The notes under the pieces: generated by a model | What the model saw: the letters and a program-made list of their open reading frames with translations, nothing else | Databases searched by the model: none | Told to the model about the DNA's origin: nothing | Shown here: one piece after another, positions 49,173 to 59,769 of the stretch | How positions within the stretch are numbered: position 1 is the stretch's first letter | Layout of the letters: each line of letters opens with the position of its first letter | Position numbers and translations under genes: made by a program | NCBI GenBank assembly: GCA_000092065.1 | Contig: CP000584.1 | Direction: 5' to 3' (one strand) | Origin: Ostreococcus lucimarinus | Lineage: Eukaryota | DNA length: 64,000 nt

Positions 49173-51812
49173 ATGATGACGATCGCGCGCGGCGCGCGCG
49201 CGAGCGGATGCGCGACCGCGCGGCGCGCGCTGCGGCAGCGGGATCGCGCGCGCGGCGCGGTCGGCGCGCGCGCGCGCGGCGATGATTTCATCGCGACGCT
49301 GCGGCGGCGACGCGCGCGGGCGACGACGACGACGACGACGCGCGCGACGCCGACGGCGCGGCTCGCGGGCGTGATCGACGTGAAACGCGTGACGGAAGTC
49401 GCGGGCACGGCGGCGCTGGAGGTGTCGAAGAGCGTGCGCATGCGAGGCGTGGAGGCGCCGGATGTGGATAAATCGTACGTCGCGCGGTCGAGCGCGTTGG
49501 AGATGGACGAGGACGGATTGCCGCTGGTGTACGATAAAGCACAGATTCAAAAGTACTGGGATAAGCAAGGCGGGGCGTTGCAACGACGATGGGGGGAGTT
49601 TTTAAGCCTGAGCGTGCCGTTTTTGACGAAAGTGGCGACGCTCGCCATCACGGGCGGAAGCGCCGAGTTGAGCAAAAACGACAGAGCGTTGGCGAAGGAT
49701 GCGAGGATAATCATCGAAAAGCTTGGACCGACGTACATCAAGGCGGGGCAGATGATGAGCGTGAGACCGGACGTGTTGCCGCAGGCGGCGCTGGACGAGT
49801 TGGCGGTGTTGCAAGATTCGGTCAAGGCGTTCGAGACGTCGGTCGCCATCGATACCATAGAGAGTGAGCTCGGCGGGCCTTTGGCTGAATTCTTCGATGA
49901 AATTAGCGAAACACCCGTCGCGGCGGCGTCGCTGGCGCAAGTGTATCGCGCGAAACTGAAGGGCAAGGATGAGTACGTCGCTGTCAAAGTGCAACGGCCT
50001 AAGATTTTGGACACCGTGTCGAAGGACTTGTACGTGTTGCGTCGCGCGGCGGAGGTGTATCAAGGCTTGATTGAGCGTTTCGCGCCGCAACAGCGCACGG
50101 ATTACGTCGGTTTATTGAACGAATGGGCGGTCGGCTTTTACACCGAGCTTGATTTCTTGAACGAAGCTGCGAATCAGCAAAAGCTGCGCGACCTGTTGAT
50201 GCAAGAGGAAGTCAAGGACATTTACGTGCCAGAGGTGAAACACGAGCTTTGCACGCGTCGTATCCTCGTAACTGAATGGATGGACGGCGTCAAACTGAGC
50301 GATTGCCCGCCAGAAGAGATTCGCGAGTTGGTCGGCATCGGTCAAGAGTGTTTCCTCGTGCAGCTTTTGCAAGTTGGCTTCTTTCACAGCGATCCGCACC
50401 CTGGAAATTTGATGAAGCTCAACGATCCGTCCAAGGGCAAGCTGGCGCTTTTGGATTTTGGACTCGTGGCTTCTATTCAACAAGAAGACATGGACACCAT
50501 GGTGAGCTCGATCATTCACTTGGCGAACAAGGATTACCCAAGTCTGGTCGACGACTTCATCAATCTTAAAATTTTACCGACGGACTGCGACCGGGCCAAG
50601 GTCGTGCCGTTGATGGATAAAGCGCTGTCACCGTACGTCAAGGGTGGTGGTGCGAAAAAGTACGAAGCTGAACTGAAGCGCATGTACAACATGGATGGAT
50701 CGTTGAGTTCCACCGCCGGGGGATTTCAAGCGATGACGCAGGATTTGTTGACGGTGTTGAACGACATCCCGTTCTCGATTCCGCCGTATTTCGCACTCCT
50801 CGGACGCGCTGTCGTGACGCTCGAGGGCATCGCGCTTCTGGGCAACCCGGATTATAGGCTCGTGATGGAGGCGTACCCATTCGTCGCTCGAAAGTTGCTT
50901 CGCGAAGACCGTCCGGAGGCGCAGCGGGCGTTGCAGGAGGTGTTGTATGCCTCGACGCAAGGCGGTGGGAGCATTTTGCAAGGACGTCGACTCGCAGTGA
51001 TGTTGAACAGCGCAATGGGCATCGTGGCGAAGAGCGAAGACGTGTTTGTCGATTTAGAAACCATTCCGGAAGACGCCGCGACGCTGGACCAATCGTTGAA
51101 GTATTTACTTCAGCCGCAAGCGGCGAGCTTACGGAACTTGCTCGAGCGTGAGGCGGAGACTGCGGCTGATTTGCTCTTGCGCCAGTCGCTGCGAAAGGGC
51201 GCGACGCGCCTCTTCGCGCAATTGCCGAAGCCGCCATCCTGGTTGCCGTTCGCGAGCTCGCTGCCGAATCCGCTCGATATCAGTGGGCCAGTATTGTTAC
51301 CGGTCCGCGGAAGCTCCACGCCAGCGCCGGCTTTCGCGTCGCCGGGGCAGTTATTGGACCTCGCCGCGCCACAGCTCGATCTCGAAGAGGAGGTGTTTGC
51401 GATCTCCCTCGGGGATTTGGCCGCCGGTCTGATTGGTAAAGATGCGGCGACGGTATTGACCGGTGATGCGTTCCTCGAGCCGGAGGCCATCGCGGCGCTG
51501 TTCTTGAGCATCATCGCCACGGGCGAGTTACCCATCGGTAGCAGTCAAGAGGTGCGACAGTTGGCGGCAAACGCTCGCGATTCGCTTCGCCGCGTCACTC
51601 CAGAAGGCGAAGAGAGCGAAGAGCAAAGCTTCGAAGACTTGATCGCCGCCGTGCAGAGGCTCGATGAGAACGAGCGCGAGGTCTTGCAGGCCACTACCTC
51701 GCGAGTCATCTCTCGTGTGTACGATAAGTTCTGCGATCGCCTCGTGCCACTGACGGGCGGCGCTCCCGTGGCCGTCGACGAAGTGTCGTCGGTGGCTTTG
51801 AACGCGCGATGA
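49173..51812 (+). CDS. ABC1/UbiB-family atypical protein kinase (ABC1K, plastoglobule/organelle type) with a long C-terminal extension.
   Basis: LGPTYIKAGQMMSVRPDVLP, AAASLAQVYRAKLKGKDEYVAVKVQRP, FFHSDPHPGNLM, LLDFGLV. Confidence 0.85.
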   Translation: MMTIARGARASGCATARRALRQRDRARGAVGARARGDDFIATLRRRRARATTTTTTRATPTARLAGVIDVKRVTEVAGTAALEVSKSVRMRGVEAPDVDKSYVARSSALEMDEDGLPLVYDKAQIQKYWDKQGGALQRRWGEFLSLSVPFLTKVATLAITGGSAELSKNDRALAKDARIIIEKLGPTYIKAGQMMSVRPDVLPQAALDELAVLQDSVKAFETSVAIDTIESELGGPLAEFFDEISETPVAAASLAQVYRAKLKGKDEYVAVKVQRPKILDTVSKDLYVLRRAAEVYQGLIERFAPQQRTDYVGLLNEWAVGFYTELDFLNEAANQQKLRDLLMQEEVKDIYVPEVKHELCTRRILVTEWMDGVKLSDCPPEEIRELVGIGQECFLVQLLQVGFFHSDPHPGNLMKLNDPSKGKLALLDFGLVASIQQEDMDTMVSSIIHLANKDYPSLVDDFINLKILPTDCDRAKVVPLMDKALSPYVKGGGAKKYEAELKRMYNMDGSLSSTAGGFQAMTQDLLTVLNDIPFSIPPYFALLGRAVVTLEGIALLGNPDYRLVMEAYPFVARKLLREDRPEAQRALQEVLYASTQGGGSILQGRRLAVMLNSAMGIVAKSEDVFVDLETIPEDAATLDQSLKYLLQPQAASLRNLLEREAETAADLLLRQSLRKGATRLFAQLPKPPSWLPFASSLPNPLDISGPVLLPVRGSSTPAPAFASPGQLLDLAAPQLDLEEEVFAISLGDLAAGLIGKDAATVLTGDAFLEPEAIAALFLSIIATGELPIGSSQEVRQLAANARDSLRRVTPEGEESEEQSFEDLIAAVQRLDENEREVLQATTSRVISRVYDKFCDRLVPLTGGAPVAVDEVSSVALNAR

Positions 51813-51899
51813 ACACGCACATTGCTTTTTAGGACACCTGTGTAAGATATATATAAGCGAAAGTCGATTCTTTAATTAAATCCTACCGAGCTACTGATA

Positions 51900-53237
51900 T
51901 CAGCTTTGGTGCAATTGCGCGAAGTAATCCTTGTACAGACCTTCGCGAATGGACATGAAGCCGGCGATGTATCGCTTGTACTGCTGCAAGCGCGCGAGCT
52001 CCTTCTTCGTGAGCAACGTATGCAATCGCCACACGACGTGCTTGATGTATTGGATCACGAAATAAGTTATCAAACTCGCACTCAAGGAGTACGCACCGCC
52101 GTGCTTGATACCAGACCAACGAATTTGCCCTTCTCGCGGGAGCAAGCCCTCGAGTTGCGGGACGCGCGGAAGAAGCGTTCTCAAGCCGTGGGCGATGACG
52201 GGCGTCGCACAAATCTCCAAAGCCGCGACGTAAATAGACAAGAACAAGAACACCCACCCGAGGAGCATCAGCGCGATCCCACGGAGCGATCGTTTCAAGT
52301 TATCCTTCTTGTTCAATTCGTTCGTTTTAATAACTTGATCGATGCGATCTTCGATGCGCGTGCAATCCTCCTTCATCGTCGTCAGGTTTTTCTGCACCGT
52401 CAAACGAATCGCTCTATCGATGTCTTCACACACCTCCTCGATAGCGTTCGGAATTGGGACGGTCAAATCGTCTCGTGGCAGATAAATCGTCGGTAATTTG
52501 AACGCGTGCGAATTCTTAATTCGCGAGCTCAAGTTTTGCGTAATCTGAATCAAAACCCGCTGTCGATCGTGCTCCTTCTCTACCTGGTCCGCCTTCGACA
52601 TGTAATACGCCAGCTTGTCCGCGTGGTTCTCATTCAACGCCTCGATGACCTTCATCGTGCGCTTACACAGCGCCTGACCGATCGGGTCAAAGAACACCAA
52701 AATTAAGTCAACGTGGTCGGCGAGCGACTCGATGACTTTCGCCACGTCAAACGGGTAGCACATATCGCCATCCACCAACCCCGGCGAGTCCACGATGTCG
52801 ACGCAACTAAAGTTTTTCTCCTTACTCGTCGAAATCTCGGTAAAAATGTTCGCATTCAAACCCTCGACGTTCTGCACGCCTTCCAAATAATCGTAAAACG
52901 CGAACGTCGCGTCTCCCTTCAGCGTCTCCCGCTTCCTTCCGCTCGTCACGAACGTGAACCCACGCGTCTCGATCGCAACCCCCGTGGTTTGCACGCTCTC
53001 TCCGATGTACCAATTTATGAACGAGCTCTTCCCCGCGGAGTGATTCCCGATGATCATCGCGCTCACCTTCTTCCTCGGCTTGAAGCACTTCACCCTGAGC
53101 AGCGCGTCGTTCGCGATGTCGAGCAACCCGATCGACGTTCGCGACGTCGACGACCCAGCCCCCGGGCTCGGTCCTCGTTCGTACAATTCGTGTATGCTCT
53201 TCAGGATGCGCTCCTGCGCGTCGTCGCGGCGTCGCAT
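51900..53237 (-). CDS. EHD/sarcalumenin-like dynamin-family GTPase with no recognisable EH domain. Start taken at MRRRDDAQERILKSIHELY.
   Basis: P-loop IGNHSAGKSSFINWYIG. ...IVDSPGLVDGD...LILVFFDPIGQA...YYMSKADQV is collinear with the EHD G-domain (GQYSTGKTTFI...IIDTPGILSG...ILLLFDAHKLD...VVLNKADQI). Confidence 0.7.
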   Translation of the reverse strand: MRRRDDAQERILKSIHELYERGPSPGAGSSTSRTSIGLLDIANDALLRVKCFKPRKKVSAMIIGNHSAGKSSFINWYIGESVQTTGVAIETRGFTFVTSGRKRETLKGDATFAFYDYLEGVQNVEGLNANIFTEISTSKEKNFSCVDIVDSPGLVDGDMCYPFDVAKVIESLADHVDLILVFFDPIGQALCKRTMKVIEALNENHADKLAYYMSKADQVEKEHDRQRVLIQITQNLSSRIKNSHAFKLPTIYLPRDDLTVPIPNAIEEVCEDIDRAIRLTVQKNLTTMKEDCTRIEDRIDQVIKTNELNKKDNLKRSLRGIALMLLGWVFLFLSIYVAALEICATPVIAHGLRTLLPRVPQLEGLLPREGQIRWSGIKHGGAYSLSASLITYFVIQYIKHVVWRLHTLLTKKELARLQQYKRYIAGFMSIREGLYKDYFAQLHQS

Positions 53238-53582
53238 CGTCGCCGTCGTCGTCGTCAGTCGTCTCGGTCGCGTCGCTCGCGCGTCGTCGCGTCGCTTTTC
53301 GCGTCGTTTTCGCCCCACGCACGTTCGGCGACATCGCCAGCGCGCCGGCATCGTTCGAGGTGTTCACTCGCTTCGCTTTGCCCGCGCTCATGCTCGCCGC
53401 GCGCGCGTCCGCGCGTCGTCGTCTGCGGTCGCGCGCGTCGCGTCGTCCCAGCCGTTGGTCGGCGGGACAAGATGATGCGCGACGCGCGCGTCCGCACAGC
53501 GCATCGCGCGAGCTCGCGAGCGCGACGCGGGCGAGAGAAACGCGCGCGGAGGACGTCGCGGCGCGCGCGCGCGCGAGCCGCG

Positions 53583-53589
53583 ATGTCGA

Positions 53590-53625
<36 letters not shown>

Positions 53626-54239
53626 ACGACGTGTTGGACGCGCGCGAAACGCTGGCGGACGGAGGTAAACGCCTCGCGCGCGCGCTCAGGGGACCGTTCG
53701 CGCGCGCGCAGCCGCACTGGAAGTCGTTCGCGCAGTTGACGTTCGCGTGTCCGACCGCGTCGGAGGTGCCGGGGCGGATGAAGAAGAATTTGCAACAGTT
53801 TGGATACTGCTACGTCAGCCTGGCGGCGGCGCTGGCGGCGTATAACGCGCTCTCGCGCGCGCTCCTCGCGGTGATGCTCGCGGGAGCGTTCATCGGACAT
53901 CATTACGTCACGCGCGTTCGACGGGCGCCGATCGAGATCGGTGGGCGAGTCTTCGGCGCGAAGACGCAGGGCGTCGCGTGCGCGGCGGCGACGGCGATTT
54001 TCTTTTGGAAGTTTATCACCGACGTGTTTTTCAGCGCCGCGTCCGTGGCGCTCGCGTTCGCGGCCGCGCACGCGGTGATGCGCGTGCCGGAACCGAAGAC
54101 GGACGAGGACGAGGGCGAGATTCCGTTGTTGCGCGATTTCGCCGCCGCGTACAGGGAGAGCGGCGCCGACGACTACGTCCCGCCGCAAGTCTCATCCACG
54201 GTTCGCGGTCTGTTCGCCTCCGTCTTCGCGCGCAAGTGA
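53583..54239 (+). CDS. PRA1 (prenylated Rab acceptor 1 / Yip3) family membrane protein.
   Basis: MKKNLQQFGYCYVSLAAALAAYNALSRALLAVMLAGAFIGHHYV...QGVACAAATAIFFWKFITDVFFSAASVALAFAAAHAV. The upstream part of ORF 52713-54239 is antisense to the GTPase gene. Confidence 0.75.
53592..53621 (+). repeat. (GCGGGC)5 microsatellite encoding (AG)5 at the PRA1 N-terminus.
   Basis: Direct reading: gcgggcgcgggcgcgggcgcgggcgcgggc. Confidence 0.85.
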
Positions 54240-54360
54240 GGCGAGCGATGTCGCACCAATATAAACGACGCGCGCGTCGGCGCACCGCGCCGCGTCCCGC
54301 GCGTCTCGTGTAACTAATAAAAATCCCAGCGGCTCGACGCTTCGTCCGCACTCGTCGCCG

Positions 54361-54966
54361 ATGCGCGCGAACGCCGACACTCGACTGGCGTACGCGCGCG
54401 TCGAGCTCGTGCCGTATCGCGCCGAACACGTCGAGCGTTACCACGCGTGGATGTCCGACGAGCACCTCCTGGAAGCCACGGCGAGCGAGCGCCTGAGCGC
54501 GGACGAAGAGCTCGCCATGCAGCGCGAGTGGGCGCGCGACGAGCGAAAGTGCACCTTCATCGTCCGCGACGCCGCGACGCACGCGATGATCGGCGACTGC
54601 AACCTCTTCTTCAACGACCACGACGACGACAGGGCGTGCGAGATCGAGATAATGATCGCCGAGCGCGCGTTCAGGCGGCGCGGGCTCGCGCGCGAGACGC
54701 TCGAGGCGTTCACCGCGTACGGCGCGTGTTCGCTCGGCGTCACCACCTTCGTCGCGAAGATCGGGTTCGGCAACGACGCGTCGAACGCGTTGTTTAAATC
54801 GTTCGGTTTCGTCGAGCGGAGTCGAAGCGAGGTGTTCGAGGAGACGACGTACGCGCTGCGCGCTCGCGACGCCGCCGACGCGCCGACGCCGCGGTTCGCC
54901 GACGCGTGGGCGCGAACGACGCGCGATTCCTACGACGCCTTCGAGGCGGCGCGCGCCGTAAAATAA
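54361..54966 (+). CDS. GNAT N-acetyltransferase, NAT9-like.
   Basis: VELVPYRAEHVERYHAWMSDEHLLEATASERLSADEELAMQREWARDERKCTFIV...EIEIMIAERAFRRRGLARETL...KIGFGNDASNALFKSFGF is collinear with human NAT9. Confidence 0.8.
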   Translation: MRANADTRLAYARVELVPYRAEHVERYHAWMSDEHLLEATASERLSADEELAMQREWARDERKCTFIVRDAATHAMIGDCNLFFNDHDDDRACEIEIMIAERAFRRRGLARETLEAFTAYGACSLGVTTFVAKIGFGNDASNALFKSFGFVERSRSEVFEETTYALRARDAADAPTPRFADAWARTTRDSYDAFEAARAVK

Positions 54967-55088
54967 CATGACCGCGAGCCGTTTCGCGCGCGCGCGATAG
55001 ACGTAGCGATAGATGTAGCGATCAGCGATAGACGTAGCCGAGCGCCGCGTCGCCGTCTCGGTCGGTCGGTCGTCACTCGCGCGCGCGC

Positions 55089-55571
55089 ATGGACAGACTC
55101 GCGCCGCCCGCGCGGCGCGCGCACGTCCTCGCGTGCGGACGCGTCGCGTACGAGTGGGAGCAAACGCTGGACGCGGTGTCGGTGTACGTGCGCGCGCCGC
55201 CGGGCGCGCGCGGGCGCGACTTGGACGTCGCGCTCGAGCCGACGCGCGCGCGCGTCGGCGTCAAGGGAAACGCGCCGTACATGGAGCACGAGCTCTGGGC
55301 GCGCGTCAAGGCGAGCGAATCCACGTGGACGCTCGCGGACGGCGAGCTCGCGTTGACGCTGGTGAAGGCGACGCGAGGCGAGGCGTGGCGGTCGCCGTTC
55401 GCGGCGCACGGCGACGCGAGCGACGCGAAGGAAGACGAGCGAGATAAGCAGCGGTTGATGCTGGAGCGGTTTCAGGCGGAGAATCCTGGATTCGATTTCA
55501 GCGACGCGAGCTTTAACGGGCAGACGGTGCCGGACGCGTCGACGTTCATGGGAGGGTGCGGCGGCGGGTGA
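55089..55571 (+). CDS. CS-domain (p23/NudC-domain) protein, NudCD2-like.
   Basis: YEWEQTLDAVSVYVRAPPG...DLDVALEPTRARVGVKG...ESTWTLADGELALTL and NudC-type tail LERFQAENPGFDFSDASFNG. Confidence 0.65.
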   Translation: MDRLAPPARRAHVLACGRVAYEWEQTLDAVSVYVRAPPGARGRDLDVALEPTRARVGVKGNAPYMEHELWARVKASESTWTLADGELALTLVKATRGEAWRSPFAAHGDASDAKEDERDKQRLMLERFQAENPGFDFSDASFNGQTVPDASTFMGGCGGG

Positions 55572-55596
55572 GCGACGCGCGGCACAACGAGACGCG

Positions 55597-56508
55597 ATGG
55601 CGCCCGCGGTGGATGATTACGACGAATCCTACGACGCGCTCGATGACGCGCTGAATGAAGAGTTATCCGCCATCGAGAGCGATTTGATACGTCTGAACTC
55701 GCGGTCGTGGCCGAAACCAGAGGATGGGGAAGACGCGCGCGGGGCGCGTCGGTTTCGCGACGGCGCCGAAGCCGAGCGCGCGGAAGTCGTCGTGCTCGAC
55801 GACGAAGACGGGACCGTGGAGGCGGCCGCGTGGATGACGCGCGCCGAGGATGCCATGGTGCGTGGCGCGCGCGAAGACGGCGCGGTGTCGACGAGGACGG
55901 CGTCGGGGTCGTTCGCGCGCGCCGAGACGAGACGCGACGCCGACGCCGATGAACGAGACTTTCAAACGGACCCGCGTCGCGCGAGATGGACTTTGGCGTT
56001 CTTGCTCGTCTGTCTCTCGCTGTCGTTCGTCGCGTTTGCGTTTAAGCGCGGCGAAGACGGACTGTTGAGCCCGATGCGCGTCGTGGAAAAGTTGGCGTAT
56101 CGCGGCGCGACGAATCGAATCGTCGCGTACTACGATCCGGCGCGCGTCGTCGAGATGCAGCGAAAATGGATCGAGACCCTCATGGATGAAAAGGTGCTCC
56201 TTATCGAGAGATTACGTCGCGCGCGACGCATCGCTGACGAAAACCGCGAATCAGCGCTCGCGTGGCGGCGCGCGTACGTCGACTGTCGCGCCAACAAAAA
56301 CGCCTTCGCCGAGCCGAAGCCAATCGTCGCGAAGCCGCACGACGCCACCTCGTGGTCTCCCGCGTGGTCGTGGTACGCCCATCCTCGATCAAAGTCGACC
56401 GTAAAAACCGTGAACGTGATCCGTCGGTTTTGTCCGATCGTCGCGGAACTCCGACTCCGACGAATCGTCGAGTGGATGGCTCGCCGACTCGTCTCGACGA
56501 AACGATAG
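55597..56508 (+). CDS. Hypothetical protein with an acidic N-terminus and one predicted TM helix (WTLAFLLVCLSLSFVAFAF).
   Basis: 303-codon ORF of ordinary composition. No motif recognised. Confidence 0.4.
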   Translation: MAPAVDDYDESYDALDDALNEELSAIESDLIRLNSRSWPKPEDGEDARGARRFRDGAEAERAEVVVLDDEDGTVEAAAWMTRAEDAMVRGAREDGAVSTRTASGSFARAETRRDADADERDFQTDPRRARWTLAFLLVCLSLSFVAFAFKRGEDGLLSPMRVVEKLAYRGATNRIVAYYDPARVVEMQRKWIETLMDEKVLLIERLRRARRIADENRESALAWRRAYVDCRANKNAFAEPKPIVAKPHDATSWSPAWSWYAHPRSKSTVKTVNVIRRFCPIVAELRLRRIVEWMARRLVSTKR

Positions 56509-56651
56509 ATGGCGCGTCTTGCCCGCGCGCACGAACGAGCAACGCAAGAACCCATCGCAGACAATGTAACGCAACGCAACGCAGTCACGCACGCATTCAC
56601 CGTTCGTCTACCGATCTACTCAACTACTCTTATTACACATCGACGTTCGCG

Positions 56652-57104
56652 TCAGTTCGTCACCGCCGTCGCCACGATTTTCCCTTGCGTCTCCAAAATC
56701 CCCTCCACGTCCGCCTCCCTGACCCGTCCCTCGGCGACTAGCGCGTGTAACCTCGCCGAGAGCCTTCGCACGCACGCGTCGCGCGCCCCTCGCACCGTGC
56801 CTCCGCAGTGCGTCACCGCGAACGCCGCTCGCCGTCCTCGAAACCCCTCCATCGTCGTCACCGCCCCTCGCACCGCGCGCGCCCGCTCGCGATCGCATCG
56901 CACGACGCACACCCCCGTCATCGCGTCCGCGTATCGCACGCTCAGCGCCGCCACCGCGCGCCCCGCGCCGACGTCGCCAAAGTTTTCCTTGACGGCGTCC
57001 CGAATGGCGTCCAGTAAATCCCTCTCCTTGCGCGCGTCCTCCATCGCGCGCCCGTCGTTGTGCGCGATCTCGACGACCAAGTAGCGGTTCTTGAACCTCA
57101 CCAT
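56652..57104 (-). CDS. POP5: RNase P/MRP protein subunit POP5 (Rpp14/Pop5 family).
   Basis: Hallmark N-terminus MVRFKNRYLVVEI. ~150 aa with a characteristic basic C-terminal half. Confidence 0.8.
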   Translation of the reverse strand: MVRFKNRYLVVEIAHNDGRAMEDARKERDLLDAIRDAVKENFGDVGAGRAVAALSVRYADAMTGVCVVRCDRERARAVRGAVTTMEGFRGRRAAFAVTHCGGTVRGARDACVRRLSARLHALVAEGRVREADVEGILETQGKIVATAVTN

Positions 57105-57206
57105 GGCGCGGCGTCGCGCGAGGCGCGCGCGACGCGGTGTGGCGACGATCGTCTCGTCGATTGTCGTCGCCCGCGGCGGCATTGACGCGCGCGCGAGGGC
57201 GTCGCG

Positions 57207-59675
57207 ATGTACGCCACCGCGAGCGCCAACTCGGACGTCGTGCGGAACAGATCGTTCGCGTCGCACTCGCGCTCGCACAGCGCGGAGCCGCTGGACGTCG
57301 AGGGCGGACGCGGCGCGCGCGAAAAGACGCAACGAAATGAATTCAGCGCGCATCCGAACGGCATTCATAATCGCGTGCAGCGCGCGATCCAGCGCGACGC
57401 GAAGGCGCTGACGAACGCGGCGATCGTCGCGGCGGTCGTGTGCTTCTTGCTGGCGTGGCGCGCGTCGTGGACGGCGGCGAGCGTGTTCGTCGCGTGCGCG
57501 GGGTCGTTGGCGTTCGCGGGACACCTGGCGCGGTGGACGCTGGCGGTGGACGAGGGAAGCGAGGACATGCGCGCGGTGAGCGATGCGATTCGAGACGGTG
57601 CGGATGGATTCTTCGCGACGCAATACGGATTGATCAGTCGATTGGCGGGCGTGGTGGCGGGGTCGATCTTTTTCGTGTACTTGTTCCGAGCGACGACGCC
57701 CGAACAGCAAGAGGCGGGCGTCGGCGCGTTTACGATGGCGACGCTCACGACTGTGAGTTTTGTGAGCGGTGCGGTGTGTAGTGGAGTGAGTGGATACGTT
57801 GGAATGTGGGTGAGCGTGCGGGCGAACGTGCGCGTCGCGAGCAGCGCGAGACACGGGGCGCGAGAGGCGCTCACGGTGGCGCTGCGCGCGGGCGGATTCG
57901 CGGCGTTGATCGTCGTCGGCATGACGGTGCTGGGGGTGACGATCTTGTTTTCGGTATTTTCGTTCATCTTCAGCGTCGGTCGCGACGGTGGCATGGATGT
58001 GCATGAAATTCCTCTCATGCTCGTCGGATACGGCTTCGGCGCGTCCTTCGTCGCGCTCTTCGCGCAGTTGGGCGGCGGTATCTACACCAAAGCCGCCGAC
58101 GTCGGCGCCGATTTGGTCGGCAAAGTTGAGCAGGGCATTCCCGAAGACGACCCAAGAAATCCTGCGGTGATCGCGGATTTGGTCGGCGATAACGTCGGCG
58201 ACTGTTCAGCGCGCGGGGCGGACCTGTTCGAGTCCATCGCCGCCGAAGTCATCTCGGCGATGATTTTGGGCGCCACCATGGCCAAGAGCGCGGGCATCGA
58301 AGACTCCACCGGTTTCATCATGTTTCCACTCGTCATTCACGCGATGGACTGCATCGTGAGCGCGTGCGGTATCATGTCGATAAGCGAAACGTCTACTCGT
58401 CGTGAGGATCCTTACAAAGTTCTCAAGGGTGGGTACAACGTCGCCATTTCGCTCGCCGTCGTCGGATTTGGCGTGGCGTGTCGCGTCATGCTCGTCTCGG
58501 ACAAACATCCAGGAGCGTGGTTTTCCTTTTACATGTGTGGGCTGATCGGTATCGCGTGCGCGTATGCTTTCGTGTTCATCGCGCAGTACTACACCGATTA
58601 CAAGTTCCCGCCCGTACGTCACATCGCCGAAGCGTCGACAACCGGTCACGGCACGAACATCATCGCCGGCATTGGCGTCGGCATGGAATCCACGGCGGTG
58701 CCCGTAATCGTGATCTCGATCGCCATCATCTCCGCGTACTGGTGCGGCAACGCGAGTGGTATCACGGACGCTAATGGTAAAGCGATCGGTGGGCTGTTTG
58801 GCACCGCTGTGGCGACCATGGGTATGTTATCGACGGCGGCGTACGTGCTCACTATGGACGTCTTCGGGCCGATTGCCGACAACGCCGGTGGCATCGTCGA
58901 AATGTCGGATCAACCCGAAAGCGTTCGCGATATTTGCGACGAACTTGATGCCGTCGGAAATACGACTAAGGCTACGACGAAAGGTTACGCCATCGGTTCC
59001 GCTGCCCTGGCGTCCTTCTTGTTATTTTCGGCCTTTATGGATGAAGTCACCGCGTTCACGGGGAAGCCTTTCAATCAAGTTGACATTGCGATTCCAGAAG
59101 TCTTCGTCGCCGGCCTGCTCGGTGCCGCACTCGTCTATCTATTCTCCGCGTGGTCCATCACCGCAGTTGGACGATCTGCGCAAGAAGTCGTGCGAGAAGT
59201 GAGACGGCAGTTTGCCGAACGTCCGGGTATCATGACGGGCGAAGAGAAGCCAGATTACGCTCGATGCGTCGCCATAGTCGCCCAGAGCGCGTTGCGCGAG
59301 ATGGTTCGACCTGGCGCGCTCGCAGTTTTGAGCCCAGTTGTGGTTGGCATCGTATTCAAAAACCTTGGCGCGGCGACAGCGCAAGAGCTGCTCGGCGTCA
59401 AAGCGGTCGCCGCGTTCTTGATGTTCGCCACCGTCGCCGGTATTTTGATGGCGCTCTTCTTGAACACAGCGGGAGGGGCTTGGGATAACGCCAAAAAATA
59501 CATCGAGACCGGGGCGCACGGTGGCAAAGGAAGCGAAGCACACAAAGCGGCGGTCTCAGGAGATACGGTTGGCGATCCGTTCAAAGACACCGCCGGACCA
59601 AGCATACACGTGTTGATAAAGATGCTCGCGACGATTACTCTAGTCATGGCTCCGATGTTCCTCGACGCCGTTTAA
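57207..59675 (+). CDS. Membrane-bound H+-translocating inorganic pyrophosphatase (V-PPase). It carries the GNTTKA (Lys) variant associated with K+-independent type II enzymes.
   Basis: GGGIYTKAADVGADLVGKVEQGIPEDDPRNPAVIADLVGDNVGDCSARGADLFESIAAE. ...AVGNTTKATTKGYAIGSAALA. 14-16 TM helices. Confidence 0.9.
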   Translation: MYATASANSDVVRNRSFASHSRSHSAEPLDVEGGRGAREKTQRNEFSAHPNGIHNRVQRAIQRDAKALTNAAIVAAVVCFLLAWRASWTAASVFVACAGSLAFAGHLARWTLAVDEGSEDMRAVSDAIRDGADGFFATQYGLISRLAGVVAGSIFFVYLFRATTPEQQEAGVGAFTMATLTTVSFVSGAVCSGVSGYVGMWVSVRANVRVASSARHGAREALTVALRAGGFAALIVVGMTVLGVTILFSVFSFIFSVGRDGGMDVHEIPLMLVGYGFGASFVALFAQLGGGIYTKAADVGADLVGKVEQGIPEDDPRNPAVIADLVGDNVGDCSARGADLFESIAAEVISAMILGATMAKSAGIEDSTGFIMFPLVIHAMDCIVSACGIMSISETSTRREDPYKVLKGGYNVAISLAVVGFGVACRVMLVSDKHPGAWFSFYMCGLIGIACAYAFVFIAQYYTDYKFPPVRHIAEASTTGHGTNIIAGIGVGMESTAVPVIVISIAIISAYWCGNASGITDANGKAIGGLFGTAVATMGMLSTAAYVLTMDVFGPIADNAGGIVEMSDQPESVRDICDELDAVGNTTKATTKGYAIGSAALASFLLFSAFMDEVTAFTGKPFNQVDIAIPEVFVAGLLGAALVYLFSAWSITAVGRSAQEVVREVRRQFAERPGIMTGEEKPDYARCVAIVAQSALREMVRPGALAVLSPVVVGIVFKNLGAATAQELLGVKAVAAFLMFATVAGILMALFLNTAGGAWDNAKKYIETGAHGGKGSEAHKAAVSGDTVGDPFKDTAGPSIHVLIKMLATITLVMAPMFLDAV

Positions 59676-59769
59676 AAGTGTAATTTAATAAGTGCTGCTG
59701 AAATTAAAGGGGAGTGCTGTACGTTGCTCGTCGAGAAAATTTGAATGATCAGTTATTGGTTGCGAGCGC

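Noticed and set aside
52713-53582. First 290 codons of ORF 52713-54239.
   Set aside because: It is antisense to the EHD-like GTPase gene. The real PRA1 gene starts at the ATG at 53583.
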